64,000 nucleotides of DNA, taken from NCBI GenBank assembly GCA_963664705.1, contig OY761556.1, forward strand, positions 5,696,001 to 5,760,000. Reading direction: 5' to 3'. Positions 40,470-50,386 of this stretch are shown piece after piece. This DNA comes from Acidobacteriota bacterium (GTDB lineage Bacteria > Acidobacteriota > UBA6911). The notes under the pieces are model-generated. The model worked only from the letters and a program-made list of their open reading frames with translations. It made no database searches and was not told the origin of the DNA. Within the stretch, counting starts at the first letter, position 1. Each line of letters starts with the position of its first letter. Position numbers and translations under genes: made by a program.

Positions 40470-42070
40470 GTGAATCGGCTCCCACAATCCTAATTGTCGA
40501 TGATGATGAGGTTATTCGAGATAGCTTTTGCGAGTATTTTTCCAGGCTTGGTTGGAGTGCCAATGGAGCAGCGGACGGGGAAGCCGCTCTTCAGTTATTG
40601 CGTACAAGAAATTGGATATGCGATTGCATTGTGCTCGACAAAAGGATGCCCAAAATGGACGGGCTGACCTTTCTGGAAACACTGCGACGAGAAGAAGCTC
40701 GAAATCCTCGTATACCAGTTATCGTTCTGAGTGCATATGTTGAAAAGGACGCCGACAAAGCAAGCTTCGAGGAGGGTGGCGTTGCTTTTGTGTTTGGGAA
40801 GCCGCAGCCTTGGGATCTTATGGAGGCCGCCGCTAATGCTATTACTTCCTCAAGAACCAAGGCTCAACAAGCGCAAGAGGTCGAGCATGCCATGTCAGTG
40901 CATGCGATCGACAAGGTAGTGCGCCAACATGAGGATCTTATTGAGGAATACTTTGAGACGAAGAGCAGTGAATGCAGCATGGCTTTCCACCAGATAGAAG
41001 AGCCGCTTCTTGTTGTGGCCAGACGATGGAATTCTTGGTATCCGAGTTTCTTTAACGTGGCCGGTGGAGCATACGCTATTGTATTTCCAAAATATAATGC
41101 AATGGATCCCAGAAATCGTGTTGTCCTTATCGACCCAGGATTTCGGTCGCTGGAGATCCTTTCCGGGATCGGGCTGTCGGTTCAGGATATGGAAACATGC
41201 GTAGTCACTCACAACCATCCTGATCACCTGGGAGGGGTATTTGAATACATCGCCTGCCGCAACCAAGCCGGTCTCCCAACGGCGTTTTCATGTAATCCTT
41301 CAACGAGACGGATACTTGGCGAATTGGCGAACAGGAACCTTATAGCAAGGGAATTGCCTGACCAAGGGAAGAAGGACATATTGTTGGATTCTTACCTCGA
41401 TTTCATGGGGAGATATCGGTCCCTTGAAGTTGGAGCTTTTGCAACGGATCACCATGAGATCGGTTGGGATGATGATGCCCGAGGTTTGATTCTCACAGCA
41501 AATTCAGGGGATGGTGACGGTGCACTCGGGTGGGATCATTCTTGTCGGGCGGTAATCTTGGGTGACACTGCATTCGTCCCCGTCAGTCCATCGAGAAACA
41601 TCCCTGCATTTTTCTACGGAGACGATAATACCAAAATTGCTGTCCTTCACATTGGTAGTTCCCAGCTAAAGCGGCGAGTTGGAGGACACCTGTATCTCAC
41701 GGGATTATTGCGGCTACTCGTTGCTCTTGCACAGGGCCTTGACGATCGAGATCACGATAGGAAAAATAAGCTTGTTGTACTCATTTCAGAATGGGGCTTG
41801 GAACATGCCACGGCCCAGCAAATAAAAGCGATCTGCCCGGCTGTCAGCGGCTTCGATGATTCAAGCGCTATTGTTGCGACGATATCAGTGCTGCGGAACG
41901 CTCTAAAAGACATGGGCTACGATCGTTTAACGATATTACCCGCCGATATCGGGCTCATGGTCGGCATGGAAAGCGGACAAATATATTTGAAGGACGGAAA
42001 TCGCTTCCAGACAAAGTCGCCAGATAAGGTAAGTTTCGTGCCCGGTCTCGATGGTTTGGAATATTCCTGA
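40466..42070 (+). CDS. response regulator receiver fused to a metallo-beta-lactamase-fold hydrolase
   Basis: ILIVDDD, VLDKRMPKMDG, LSA, KP; RRWNSWYP, IDPG, THNHPDH, TDHHE, LGDT; ATGA overlap with the kinase. Confidence 0.85.
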   Translation: MSESAPTILIVDDDEVIRDSFCEYFSRLGWSANGAADGEAALQLLRTRNWICDCIVLDKRMPKMDGLTFLETLRREEARNPRIPVIVLSAYVEKDADKASFEEGGVAFVFGKPQPWDLMEAAANAITSSRTKAQQAQEVEHAMSVHAIDKVVRQHEDLIEEYFETKSSECSMAFHQIEEPLLVVARRWNSWYPSFFNVAGGAYAIVFPKYNAMDPRNRVVLIDPGFRSLEILSGIGLSVQDMETCVVTHNHPDHLGGVFEYIACRNQAGLPTAFSCNPSTRRILGELANRNLIARELPDQGKKDILLDSYLDFMGRYRSLEVGAFATDHHEIGWDDDARGLILTANSGDGDGALGWDHSCRAVILGDTAFVPVSPSRNIPAFFYGDDNTKIAVLHIGSSQLKRRVGGHLYLTGLLRLLVALAQGLDDRDHDRKNKLVVLISEWGLEHATAQQIKAICPAVSGFDDSSAIVATISVLRNALKDMGYDRLTILPADIGLMVGMESGQIYLKDGNRFQTKSPDKVSFVPGLDGLEYS

Positions 42071-42438
42071 CAGCATGCCTCTCAGTGCATGTAGTTCGAG
42101 ATTATCTGTTTTATTCAGGCTTGGAGAGGTATCCAACTGCAAGTTTTGCGTTATTTTATCACTCAAATTTTGCGATATTAAAGCGGAACGGAGCAAAACT
42201 CAGCAGTGCAGGGCTGTTCGGAAAATAGACTTTTTGAAACATTTCCCTTGTAGCGAAAAAAATTTGCAGTTGTCCCGATCGTGGTTGGGTCCCCCTAAAC
42301 GGGAAGGGGCCCCAAGGGTCAGACCCTACTGGGGGGGGTGCGCCTGGGGTGCGGAAGTTGCAGAATTTTGCCGCTCTGTGCCGGGTTGTGCCGGGTAGAA
42401 GTCCTTTAAATTCAATGATGCCAATACTTGATTGAAAA

Positions 42439-42483
42439 CTGGCAGTCAGGAGGTCACGAGTTCGATCCTCGTCAGCTCCACCA
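42439..42483 (+). repeat. att site 1: 3' half of tRNA-Ala(GGC)
   Basis: CTGGCAGTCAGGAGGTCACGAGTTCGATCCTCGTCAGCTCCACCA: anticodon loop GGC, T-arm GTTCGA, CCA end; no 5' half upstream. Confidence 0.9.
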
Positions 42484-42570
42484 TCAACTCCTTGATTCCA
42501 CTACAACTTAGAGCCTTCGAGAAAATCCCGTTCATTAGCCAGTCCGTGCTTGGGGGTTATTTGGGGGTAA

Positions 42571-42815
42571 TCAGGCTGTTTTGTCAGCCTTTTCCGGTTC
42601 TGCCGCCAGCGCTTTCCCAAGCGCCTCGACAGCCGTTTGTTTGTGATCCGGTGATAGGTGCGTGTATCTGAGAGTCATTGAGATGCTCTTGTGTCGGAGG
42701 ATCTCTTTGACAGTGGCAAGATTCACTCCTGCCATTACGAGATAAGACGCGGCCGTGTGCCTCAGCGTGTGGAAGGTAACCCTCTCCAGTTTGGCGTTCG
42801 CGTGAACGTGGTGAA
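42571..42815 (-). pseudogene. tyrosine integrase, C-terminal fragment
   Basis: FHTLRHTAAS..LRHKSISMTLRYTHL; N-terminal domains absent. Confidence 0.85.
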
Positions 42816-42930
42816 CGCCCCGATTTTTACCGAAATATTTATCATTCAGGTAGACGATTCCGCTGCGTTTGCGTACTTGGAGTATGGAAGGACAATAAGA
42901 ATTGGTGCGGCAATTCGCGGGAGTTGACGA

Positions 42931-45900
42931 ATGCATCACACAGTCAGGAGATTCGGTGCGTTATTTTTTATTTTGATTGCGTCGCGCTTTGGCCATTCAT
43001 GGACCGGTAATTGGATCAGTGTGGGACTTACCAGTGACTCAGTGCGGGTTGTTGCCGTAGATCCGATGGATGCGCAGACTGTCTATGTGGGCACCACCCG
43101 CGGTCTTTTCAAGACCACCGACGGCGGAACCAACTGGAGCTCCAAAAGCGTCGGTTCAGGAGATGCGATCACGGGTTCACTGGCAATTGATCCGGTTGTC
43201 CCGCTGACGATCTATGCTGGCACCGACAAAGGACTGTTCAAGAGTATGGATGGCGGCGACAGCTGGCGTGCCCTTGCCGTCGGATCGCTGCCCAACTCCA
43301 CAGCGGAATGCTTGGCGATTGATCCGACCGACCATCGCACTGTATATGCCTATGCGTGGGGGGTGTACAAGAGTTCGGATGCTGGCGAAACCTGGATTTC
43401 ACTCAACCTTTATCCCTCGGTGAGAGTACTGGCAATCAACCCGGCGGATCCGAAGATTTTGTATGCAGGCACCTACTCAGGCGTTTACAAGAGCATTGAT
43501 GGAGGAGGGCATTGGAGTTTCCTATCTTCGACCGCGGGATACGATGCGATGGCCTTGTCCATCGACCCGGCCTCGCCCCAAACCATCTATGCCGCCTTTG
43601 GATCACGGGGAGTGTACAAGAGCACAGACGCGGGCAGTACATGGAATGGCGTTCCCATAATTTCTTACCCCGGCAGCAATTTGACGGCCTATTCGCTGGC
43701 GAGAGACCTGACATCTCCTTCAACCGTTTATGCCGGCACGGACTGGGGAGTAGTAAACGCGGATACGAAGAGTTTTCTAGGGAATCCCAACATGCTTCCG
43801 CGATACGTGGCTTCTCTGGCAATCGGTCCGGTAGGGACTGAAAGCATGTTTGTCGGTACCTCCGACACAGGATTATTTAGATTTACCACTGCATCGCTCC
43901 CATCATCGGAGGTCACGATCGCGACGAAACCGGAGGGTATCCGTTTTACCTTGGACGGGGTCGGGTTTATGAGCAGCCAGGTTCTTTCCTCTGTTATTGG
44001 AACAGGGCATTTTATTGGAACCGACTCGCCGCAAACCCTGAACGGGAGGCGATATCAGTTCTCGGGATGGAGTGACGGGGGCGCTATAACGCACACATTG
44101 ATCACGGGAGCGAGCGCAAAAACCTACACCGCAAACTTTACAGCCGAATATTGGCTGACGCTTCTCGCCGGGTCTTTCGGTTTCATAACCAAGAGCCCGA
44201 CGCCCGCAGATGGGTCCTCCTATTATGCTCCCGGAACTCAGGTGCTGTTGACTGCGGTTCCTATGGCCGGCTATGTCTTTGATGGATGGAGCGGTGATCT
44301 TACGGGATCGACCAATCCACAGTGGGTTACGATGTCGGCGCCGAAAACGATCAGCGCAAAATTTTCCCCGCTTAAAGCTGAAATTAAGATAAATACAAAT
44401 CCTCCAGGGCTGAGTTTTACGGTTGACGGTATAACGTATACCACCGCCCAGACTTTCTCCTGGGAGGTGGGCAGCACTCATTTACTGCGGACAACATCTC
44501 TGCAGGGAACGGGCGGGACGCGCTACGTATTTGGCGATTGGAGTGATGGGAAAAGTCTTGATCACGCGTTAATCGTTCCCTCGGTTTCGACGGCCTACAC
44601 AGCAAATTTTGGGACACAGTATCTACTTATGATGGAAGTCTTGCCAGCCGCAGCCGGGATCGTGAGCATAAGCCCTGCCTCTGCCGATGGGTATTACGAT
44701 GCACTGGCGCTGGTGCGTATGACTGCGACAGCGAACAGCGGCTACCTTTTTGCGGGGTGGAGGGGCGACCTTATCCAGAGTGCGAATCCGCTGGCGCTGA
44801 CGGTGTCTTCGCCTTTGAGTGTGAAGGCGAATTTTGCAGTGCTGAATCCGTCCGGGAGGCTGACAGTTGCCGCTGGGGGATCAGGTATTTCAGCCACTCC
44901 CGGGACGAGTTCGACGACGAGTAGCGGATATGCGCTTGTTTCGGTGGATTCAGGGAGTGTACCGTATGGGACGGCTGTCTTCCGGATGCAGCAAAATGGA
45001 ATCACCGTCAGCGAAGCGGGTGTTCCTGCATCACCTCCTACTACCGCAGCCCGTATTTTCGTGGATTACCGATCCGGTGTGAATGCCGTTCCATCGAATC
45101 CCAGTGTGGGTTCGGTGAATATCAACACTGGCATAGCCGTTATCAACTATGGTCCTGCGTCCGCAAGCATCCTGTACACACTACGGGATTCAAATGGGAT
45201 CGTTGTCGCGGAAGGGCATGGCCCGCTAGGATCCAGGCATAGATTCACGTGTTTCATTGATCAGCTGAGGGATGTGGCGGCTCCGGACTTTAGTCTTCCA
45301 TCCAATTTTGAGGTAGGTTCTCTGGAAATACGATCGGATCAACAGATATCGGTGCTTGCCGTACGGGAGACAGTGAACCAGAGAAACGAATCCTTGATCA
45401 CCACTACGCCTATCGCTGACCTGAACCGCATCGTGCCGGCCGGCCCGATATATTTTCCGCAATTTGCGGATGGTGAGGGATACACAACTTCAATAATTCT
45501 GTTGAATACTTCGAATCAGGTTGAGGCAGGAATACTGCAGATCAGGGACAGAGATGGGAATCCGGTAATAGTGAAACAGGCGGGAGGTGCCGCCGGCTCT
45601 GCATTCAGCTATACGATACCGTCTGGAGGGCTGTACCGATTTCAAAGCGATGGATCCTCGGAGACCATGAAAACCGGATGGATAAGTCTCGCCCCAACCG
45701 AAGGGACACAGTCTCCAATCGGATCGGGAGTGTTCAGCTATAATCCACAGGAGGTAATGGAATCGGAATCAGGGATTCCATCGGCCAACGCAACGACGCA
45801 CGCAAGGGTGTATGTGGATCTTTCAGGACATCACAATACCGGGATCGCGATTGCCAACATTTCAAGTGTTGGTTCCACTGTCGCCATAAAGGCTTATTTG

Positions 45901-46275
45901 GATGACGGGGTCACGGAGGCTGGGACGAGCCGGGAGCCTTTGTCATTATCAGCCCATGGATACAGAGCGGCTTTTGCAGACCAACTAGTCGACGGTTTGC
46001 CGGAAGGGTTCAGGGGAGTATTGGATATCAGTTCCATGCAGCCATTTGCGGCATTGACTGTGCGGTCGCTTACAAATGAGAGGGATGCATTATTGATGAC
46101 GACCTTTCCAGTCGCAGATCTGAGTCAGGCAGCCCCCTCACCTGTGGTGTTTCCGCAGATTGCCGATGGAGGCGGGTATTCGACACAGTTCATTTTTATA
46201 GGAACGATCAGTGCGGCGACAGCCACGCTGACTTACTATGACGGAACCGGATCACAAATCCAATTCGGCAACTGA
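42931..46275 (+). CDS. large secreted protein: BNR/YCF48-like beta-propeller repeats, InlB-B-like repeats, C-terminal beta domains
   Basis: signal peptide; repeated IDPxxxxTxYAGT..G(V/L)(Y/F)KSxDGG..W; GY(V/L)FxGWxGDL..SxNP; YFPQFADG/FPQIADG. Confidence 0.85.
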   Translation: MHHTVRRFGALFFILIASRFGHSWTGNWISVGLTSDSVRVVAVDPMDAQTVYVGTTRGLFKTTDGGTNWSSKSVGSGDAITGSLAIDPVVPLTIYAGTDKGLFKSMDGGDSWRALAVGSLPNSTAECLAIDPTDHRTVYAYAWGVYKSSDAGETWISLNLYPSVRVLAINPADPKILYAGTYSGVYKSIDGGGHWSFLSSTAGYDAMALSIDPASPQTIYAAFGSRGVYKSTDAGSTWNGVPIISYPGSNLTAYSLARDLTSPSTVYAGTDWGVVNADTKSFLGNPNMLPRYVASLAIGPVGTESMFVGTSDTGLFRFTTASLPSSEVTIATKPEGIRFTLDGVGFMSSQVLSSVIGTGHFIGTDSPQTLNGRRYQFSGWSDGGAITHTLITGASAKTYTANFTAEYWLTLLAGSFGFITKSPTPADGSSYYAPGTQVLLTAVPMAGYVFDGWSGDLTGSTNPQWVTMSAPKTISAKFSPLKAEIKINTNPPGLSFTVDGITYTTAQTFSWEVGSTHLLRTTSLQGTGGTRYVFGDWSDGKSLDHALIVPSVSTAYTANFGTQYLLMMEVLPAAAGIVSISPASADGYYDALALVRMTATANSGYLFAGWRGDLIQSANPLALTVSSPLSVKANFAVLNPSGRLTVAAGGSGISATPGTSSTTSSGYALVSVDSGSVPYGTAVFRMQQNGITVSEAGVPASPPTTAARIFVDYRSGVNAVPSNPSVGSVNINTGIAVINYGPASASILYTLRDSNGIVVAEGHGPLGSRHRFTCFIDQLRDVAAPDFSLPSNFEVGSLEIRSDQQISVLAVRETVNQRNESLITTTPIADLNRIVPAGPIYFPQFADGEGYTTSIILLNTSNQVEAGILQIRDRDGNPVIVKQAGGAAGSAFSYTIPSGGLYRFQSDGSSETMKTGWISLAPTEGTQSPIGSGVFSYNPQEVMESESGIPSANATTHARVYVDLSGHHNTGIAIANISSVGSTVAIKAYLDDGVTEAGTSREPLSLSAHGYRAAFADQLVDGLPEGFRGVLDISSMQPFAALTVRSLTNERDALLMTTFPVADLSQAAPSPVVFPQIADGGGYSTQFIFIGTISAATATLTYYDGTGSQIQFGN

Positions 46276-46475
46276 TGTGAATCAGGCATGCCCTCAAATA
46301 GAAGTAATCCTTTCCGGCAGTTCCTTTCCCGGTACCTTTGTTCTTCCCTTTTTCTCGCAAATGGGTCTTCACTCAGCGCCAAGCAGCATCCATTGCTAGA
46401 ATAGCAATACCTGTCTGAGAATTTTATTCTGGAGTAATAGGACAATACCCTCTTTAATACCCTCTTTATAAGGTA

Positions 46476-47519
46476 TTACCTCTTTTTGCGCCACTCGGCT
46501 CCGGGCCCACGTCCAAGACATTCAACAACCCCCTTTTCCTTGAGGTTGCGAAGAGTTGTGCGAACCATGTCCCGGCTCACTCCGGGACAGGCGTCTTCAA
46601 GTTGGCTTAGCGAGAATGATCCGCGGAACTTGCCAATGGCCGCTTCGATCATCTGTGTTTTGGCTCCTCGCGGACTCCTGATTTGTTCGAGACGATTCTC
46701 AAATTCCTTGTATGCCGATTTGATGATGAAGAGAAGGTAATTGATGTATGGCCAGGGATCATGCTTCCCCTCATGCCAGCCATTAGAGCTTTGTTCGAGG
46801 GTTTCGTAGTATCGTTCCTTGTTTTCTTCTATCAGCCGCTCCATGCTGATGTAACGAGCCACATCGTATCCAAGGTGGTAGCACTGAAGGAGAAGTAAAA
46901 GACGAGAAACGCGGCCGTTTCCGTCACGGAATGGATGGATACAGAGAAAATCCAAATTGAATGCGGCTAGGGAGATCAGAGGATGGATGGATTTCTCCTC
47001 CAGGAACCGGGCGTAAAGTGAGATCAACTCCTTCATAAAGGGCATTGTCTGTTGTGGAGAAACGGTCTTGAAGCGGACTCTAACCCGGCCATCCGGGTAT
47101 TTCTCGATAATATCCCCTTCTTTTTGTTTTAGTTTCCCTGCATCACCGGTTCCACTCCTACATAATCGATGCAGATCAAGGATGCTTTTCATTGAAACGG
47201 GCAAATCGGCGGCACTTTCGTGAATCAGCCTGAGAGCGTCCCGATAGCCACGGACTTCCTCCTCATTGCGATCTTGAAGAGGTGGCTTCCCGAAAATGAT
47301 TGTGCCGACTCGCCGACGGTCAATTTCTATTCCCTCGATACGGTTTGAGGAGACTGCACTTTCAATCAACGCATGTTCCCGCAATGCTTGCAGTTTTTGT
47401 GGAGACTGCCGTACATACAAATCCTGTTTGCCGCGTGACTCTCCAAGATCGGCCAGGTACCATGCCGTCGCCGCTGGGATTGAAGCCAGTCCTGCATCGA
47501 AAATTTTCAGGGTGTTCAT
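46476..47519 (-). CDS. Fic family protein with C-terminal HTH
   Basis: HPFRDGNGRVSR; autoinhibitory SNRIEG motif. Confidence 0.93.
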   Translation of the reverse strand: MNTLKIFDAGLASIPAATAWYLADLGESRGKQDLYVRQSPQKLQALREHALIESAVSSNRIEGIEIDRRRVGTIIFGKPPLQDRNEEEVRGYRDALRLIHESAADLPVSMKSILDLHRLCRSGTGDAGKLKQKEGDIIEKYPDGRVRVRFKTVSPQQTMPFMKELISLYARFLEEKSIHPLISLAAFNLDFLCIHPFRDGNGRVSRLLLLLQCYHLGYDVARYISMERLIEENKERYYETLEQSSNGWHEGKHDPWPYINYLLFIIKSAYKEFENRLEQIRSPRGAKTQMIEAAIGKFRGSFSLSQLEDACPGVSRDMVRTTLRNLKEKGVVECLGRGPGAEWRKKR

Positions 47520-47871
47520 ATTTCGATTGTCTATATTTGTTATTTGTTGATATCAATGGCTCTATGGATAACAAATGGAATTTTACCTCATGCGGGGGAT
47601 CCGCGGCCTAGAATTATGTCCCACCTTGTTGGTTGATCTCATTGCCGGCTACTTATCTCGCTTTTCTCGCAGGGTGGGATGTCCATAAATTGCGTTGCGA
47701 ACAGAAAATAGCCGAAAAAACCTTGGGGGTTATTTGGGGGCAAATGGGAGGTAAAAACGGATTTTCATGGACTATGGGACATATCCAATATCCCAACGAC
47801 CGCCAATATCCACAAGGGTTTTCTCAAAATCATTGTGTTTTCATGATTTACGAAAAACCCCCTCACACGGA

Positions 47872-47916
47872 CTGGCAGTCAGGAGGTCACGAGTTCGATC
47901 CTCGTCAGCTCCACCA
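47872..47916 (+). repeat. att site 2: 3' half of tRNA-Ala(GGC)
   Basis: identical to 42439..42483. Confidence 0.9.
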
Positions 47917-48008
47917 TTCATTTTATTAGACTTACGAATCCTACCCATAAGCCTAGAATCCCTTGGTGGCAACGTTTGGTGGCAAAAAGATGCGGTAAGT
48001 GTCATTGC

Positions 48009-49160
48009 CTAGCCCAAAACCGCTTCAGCGGTATCCGATTTGGTATCGAGTACGTCAACGTAATGAAGCCCTTCTTTGGGTATCCACTTGGCATAATAGC
48101 GTAGGGTTGTTGTGGGTTTTGTATGCCCTAGCTGTGCTGCTACGTAGGTAATGGGAGTACCTGAGGCAAGCAGGAGAGATGCAAACGAATGCCTTAGGTC
48201 ATACATACGGAAATGGCCTATCTTTGCTTTCTTGCAGATGCGGTGGAAGGCTCGTTTGGCGTTGTTCTTGTCGATGTAGGTTCCTGAGAGGGTAGGGAAT
48301 AGCATCTCAGGTTGAGGCTTGCCCTCCTTGAGGTACGTTGCCCGTATCTGTGCGATATGTGATCTAAGCAGGGCAATCATTTCAGGGGATAGATCAACGT
48401 CGCGTTTGAATCCGGTCTTGGTGTATGGCCTGATCTTACCGGAGATGAAGACCTTTTCGATTTGGACAGTTTTTATATCGAAGTGAATATCTTGAGGCGT
48501 CAGGGCAATAGCTTCGCTGGGACGCAATCCAGCTTTGCCCAGCATGGTCAGGAAAGCCCCATAGGGCTTCTCGTCCTTTGCCACAATTAGGAACTTGGTA
48601 AACTCCGCTTCGTTCATGGGGGTTATGTCACGTTCCCGCTGCTTGGTTTTGTGTCGCTTTTTCCTGAATAACATCAAGGCAGGGTTATTCTCGATAATCT
48701 CATCATCCTGAGCGTCGGTTAGCAGGGATGAGAGGACGGAGCGGATTAGACGTACTGTGTCCTTGGCGTAGATGTCACCCTTCTTGGAAATAAGGAACTT
48801 GATATGCCTTCGCTTCAGTTCCCGCACCTTGAAAGCACTGAGCTTCTTCCGCTGTATCTCGAATGGGAGGATGTGGGTTTCGAGTAGGTGCTTGTAGCTG
48901 GAGTGTGTTTGAGGTTCTAGCTGCTTCTCCATTGCTTTGATCCAAGCATCCGCGTACTCACCAAGTGCAACGTTGATGTTCCAGACGCCCGTGGTTTCAG
49001 GCTCTTTCTTGGCTTCCTCAACGCACTCAGCGAGCTTCTCAGATACTAGCTCCTTGCTTTCCGCTGATACCCTCCTTCGTTTGCCGTTGACATAATAGAC
49101 CGCCTCATAGGTTCTTCTGTCCTTTCTGGCTCTGGTCTTCCCGATTGTCACGGTTGCCAT
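48009..49160 (-). CDS. phage-type tyrosine integrase
   Basis: GLRPSEAIAL, TKT, YDLRHSFAS, QLGH, TTLRYYA; RBS GGAGG. Confidence 0.95.
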   Translation of the reverse strand: MATVTIGKTRARKDRRTYEAVYYVNGKRRRVSAESKELVSEKLAECVEEAKKEPETTGVWNINVALGEYADAWIKAMEKQLEPQTHSSYKHLLETHILPFEIQRKKLSAFKVRELKRRHIKFLISKKGDIYAKDTVRLIRSVLSSLLTDAQDDEIIENNPALMLFRKKRHKTKQRERDITPMNEAEFTKFLIVAKDEKPYGAFLTMLGKAGLRPSEAIALTPQDIHFDIKTVQIEKVFISGKIRPYTKTGFKRDVDLSPEMIALLRSHIAQIRATYLKEGKPQPEMLFPTLSGTYIDKNNAKRAFHRICKKAKIGHFRMYDLRHSFASLLLASGTPITYVAAQLGHTKPTTTLRYYAKWIPKEGLHYVDVLDTKSDTAEAVLG

Positions 49161-49187
49161 CTGTGTTCCCCTCCTTCTATCATTAGC

Positions 49188-49628
49188 TCAGCTCCTTTTC
49201 TGATTGTGCATCCTGACCACCAACCTAGCCAAAATCGCTATCGTCAGCGTAATTGGTCTCATCTGTCCTTCTCTTGGATCACCCCTTTCAATCCGTGCGT
49301 AGTGGTTTATGGTGATACCCAGACGTTGAGCAAACTCAGCCTGTGTCCATCCTGCAAGGTCACGGAGTTTACGAAGCTCAGCGTGATCCATAGGGGTGGA
49401 GTCGATGTAGGCTTCTGCCATGGCGGGAAGAGACAGGGCTAGATCCGCTACCCCCCGTTCCTTCTCCGCTATCAGGTGCTTGATGAAGTTCACTGCCATT
49501 TGGGACGGTTTACGGGTTCCGTTCTCCCACATAACCACTGCTAAACGGGTTATGCCCAGAGTGGATGCCAGTTCCCGCTGATTAAGCCCAAGTCTCATAC
49601 GCATGGATTTCATTTGTTCTGGGGTCAT
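49188..49628 (-). CDS. tandem double XRE-HTH regulator
   Basis: MTPEQMKSMRMRLGLNQRELA..WENG and ELRKLRDLAGWTQAEFA..IERG. Confidence 0.85.
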   Translation of the reverse strand: MTPEQMKSMRMRLGLNQRELASTLGITRLAVVMWENGTRKPSQMAVNFIKHLIAEKERGVADLALSLPAMAEAYIDSTPMDHAELRKLRDLAGWTQAEFAQRLGITINHYARIERGDPREGQMRPITLTIAILARLVVRMHNQKRS

Positions 49629-49635
49629 GCGGGAT

Positions 49636-49664
49636 AGATTACTATGTATACATTGTATACTCAA
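49636..49664 (-). promoter_or_regulatory. sigma70-type promoter with palindromic operator
   Basis: minus strand TTGAGT-17-TAATCT, 7 nt before the ATG; GTATACA-T-TGTATAC at 49646..49660. Confidence 0.65.
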
Positions 49665-49951
49665 GTAAAATCGTACGAAGGGAGTAGAATCTAGCCTAGG
49701 CTAACGGTAGATGGAATGGGGGAATGGTTCCTATATGCCTGATAATGGCACTAAGGAAGAGATAAGCAGGTAGGGATAATCGCCCCTAAAGGGGCGGAGA
49801 GGGGATTTTGTGACACAAGGCCGATATGCCTATAGGCTAGTAGATGATCGTGCCTCTAGGGGCTTCTGGGAGGGATAGAAGGTGCAATAAACATCAACCC
49901 CATCGGGATTCTTGACGTAAGAACATAGAACCTTATCTCTGGGGGTGTTCA

Positions 49952-50302
49952 ATGAAGGGTATAGCAACCATTGCGGTGTTCGTCCTGATGATCGTTGCCT
50001 GTGCAGTCTATGTATCCGCTCAACAACCTGACACAACGACCAAGGAATATCAAAAAGCTCGGGAAGCCTATGAAAGGCTGTTAGCCAAATATCAGAGCGG
50101 TGACAACCCCTATGTGGTGGGGAATGGCGTAAGAGCCCCCGTGACCACCGTGACCCTTTGCACAGGTCCAATCAAAGCAGAGGGTGGAATCCCAAAGTGC
50201 CAAGCGGTCCCAACGGTTTCTGGAACACTCCGTATAGTCATGCAGGACGGGACTGTGCAGGAGATTGATCTGGCAAAGGTCAAGGGGATGACGGTGCAAT
50301 GA
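49952..50302 (+). CDS. small secreted protein
   Basis: signal peptide MKGIATIAVFVLMIVACAVYVSA-Q. Confidence 0.7.
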   Translation: MKGIATIAVFVLMIVACAVYVSAQQPDTTTKEYQKAREAYERLLAKYQSGDNPYVVGNGVRAPVTTVTLCTGPIKAEGGIPKCQAVPTVSGTLRIVMQDGTVQEIDLAKVKGMTVQ

Positions 50303-50386
50303 ACGGGGTGGGTTCCTTTGCATTATCACGGTGGTTCCCTTTTATCCCGGCAAGCGTTGTCGGCAAGTGTCCAGAAAAGTACGTTT

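Larger units (their letters stand above)
42439..47916. mobile_element. 5.4-kb degenerate integrative element at tRNA-Ala
   Basis: flanked by identical 45-bp tRNA repeats; identical 19-mer CTTGGGGGTTATTTGGGGG at 42549 and 47722; integrase remnant. Confidence 0.8.

Noticed and set aside
46445-46468. Tandem AATACCCTCTTT repeat after the Fic gene
   Set aside because: Only two copies; a local duplication with no further evidence.
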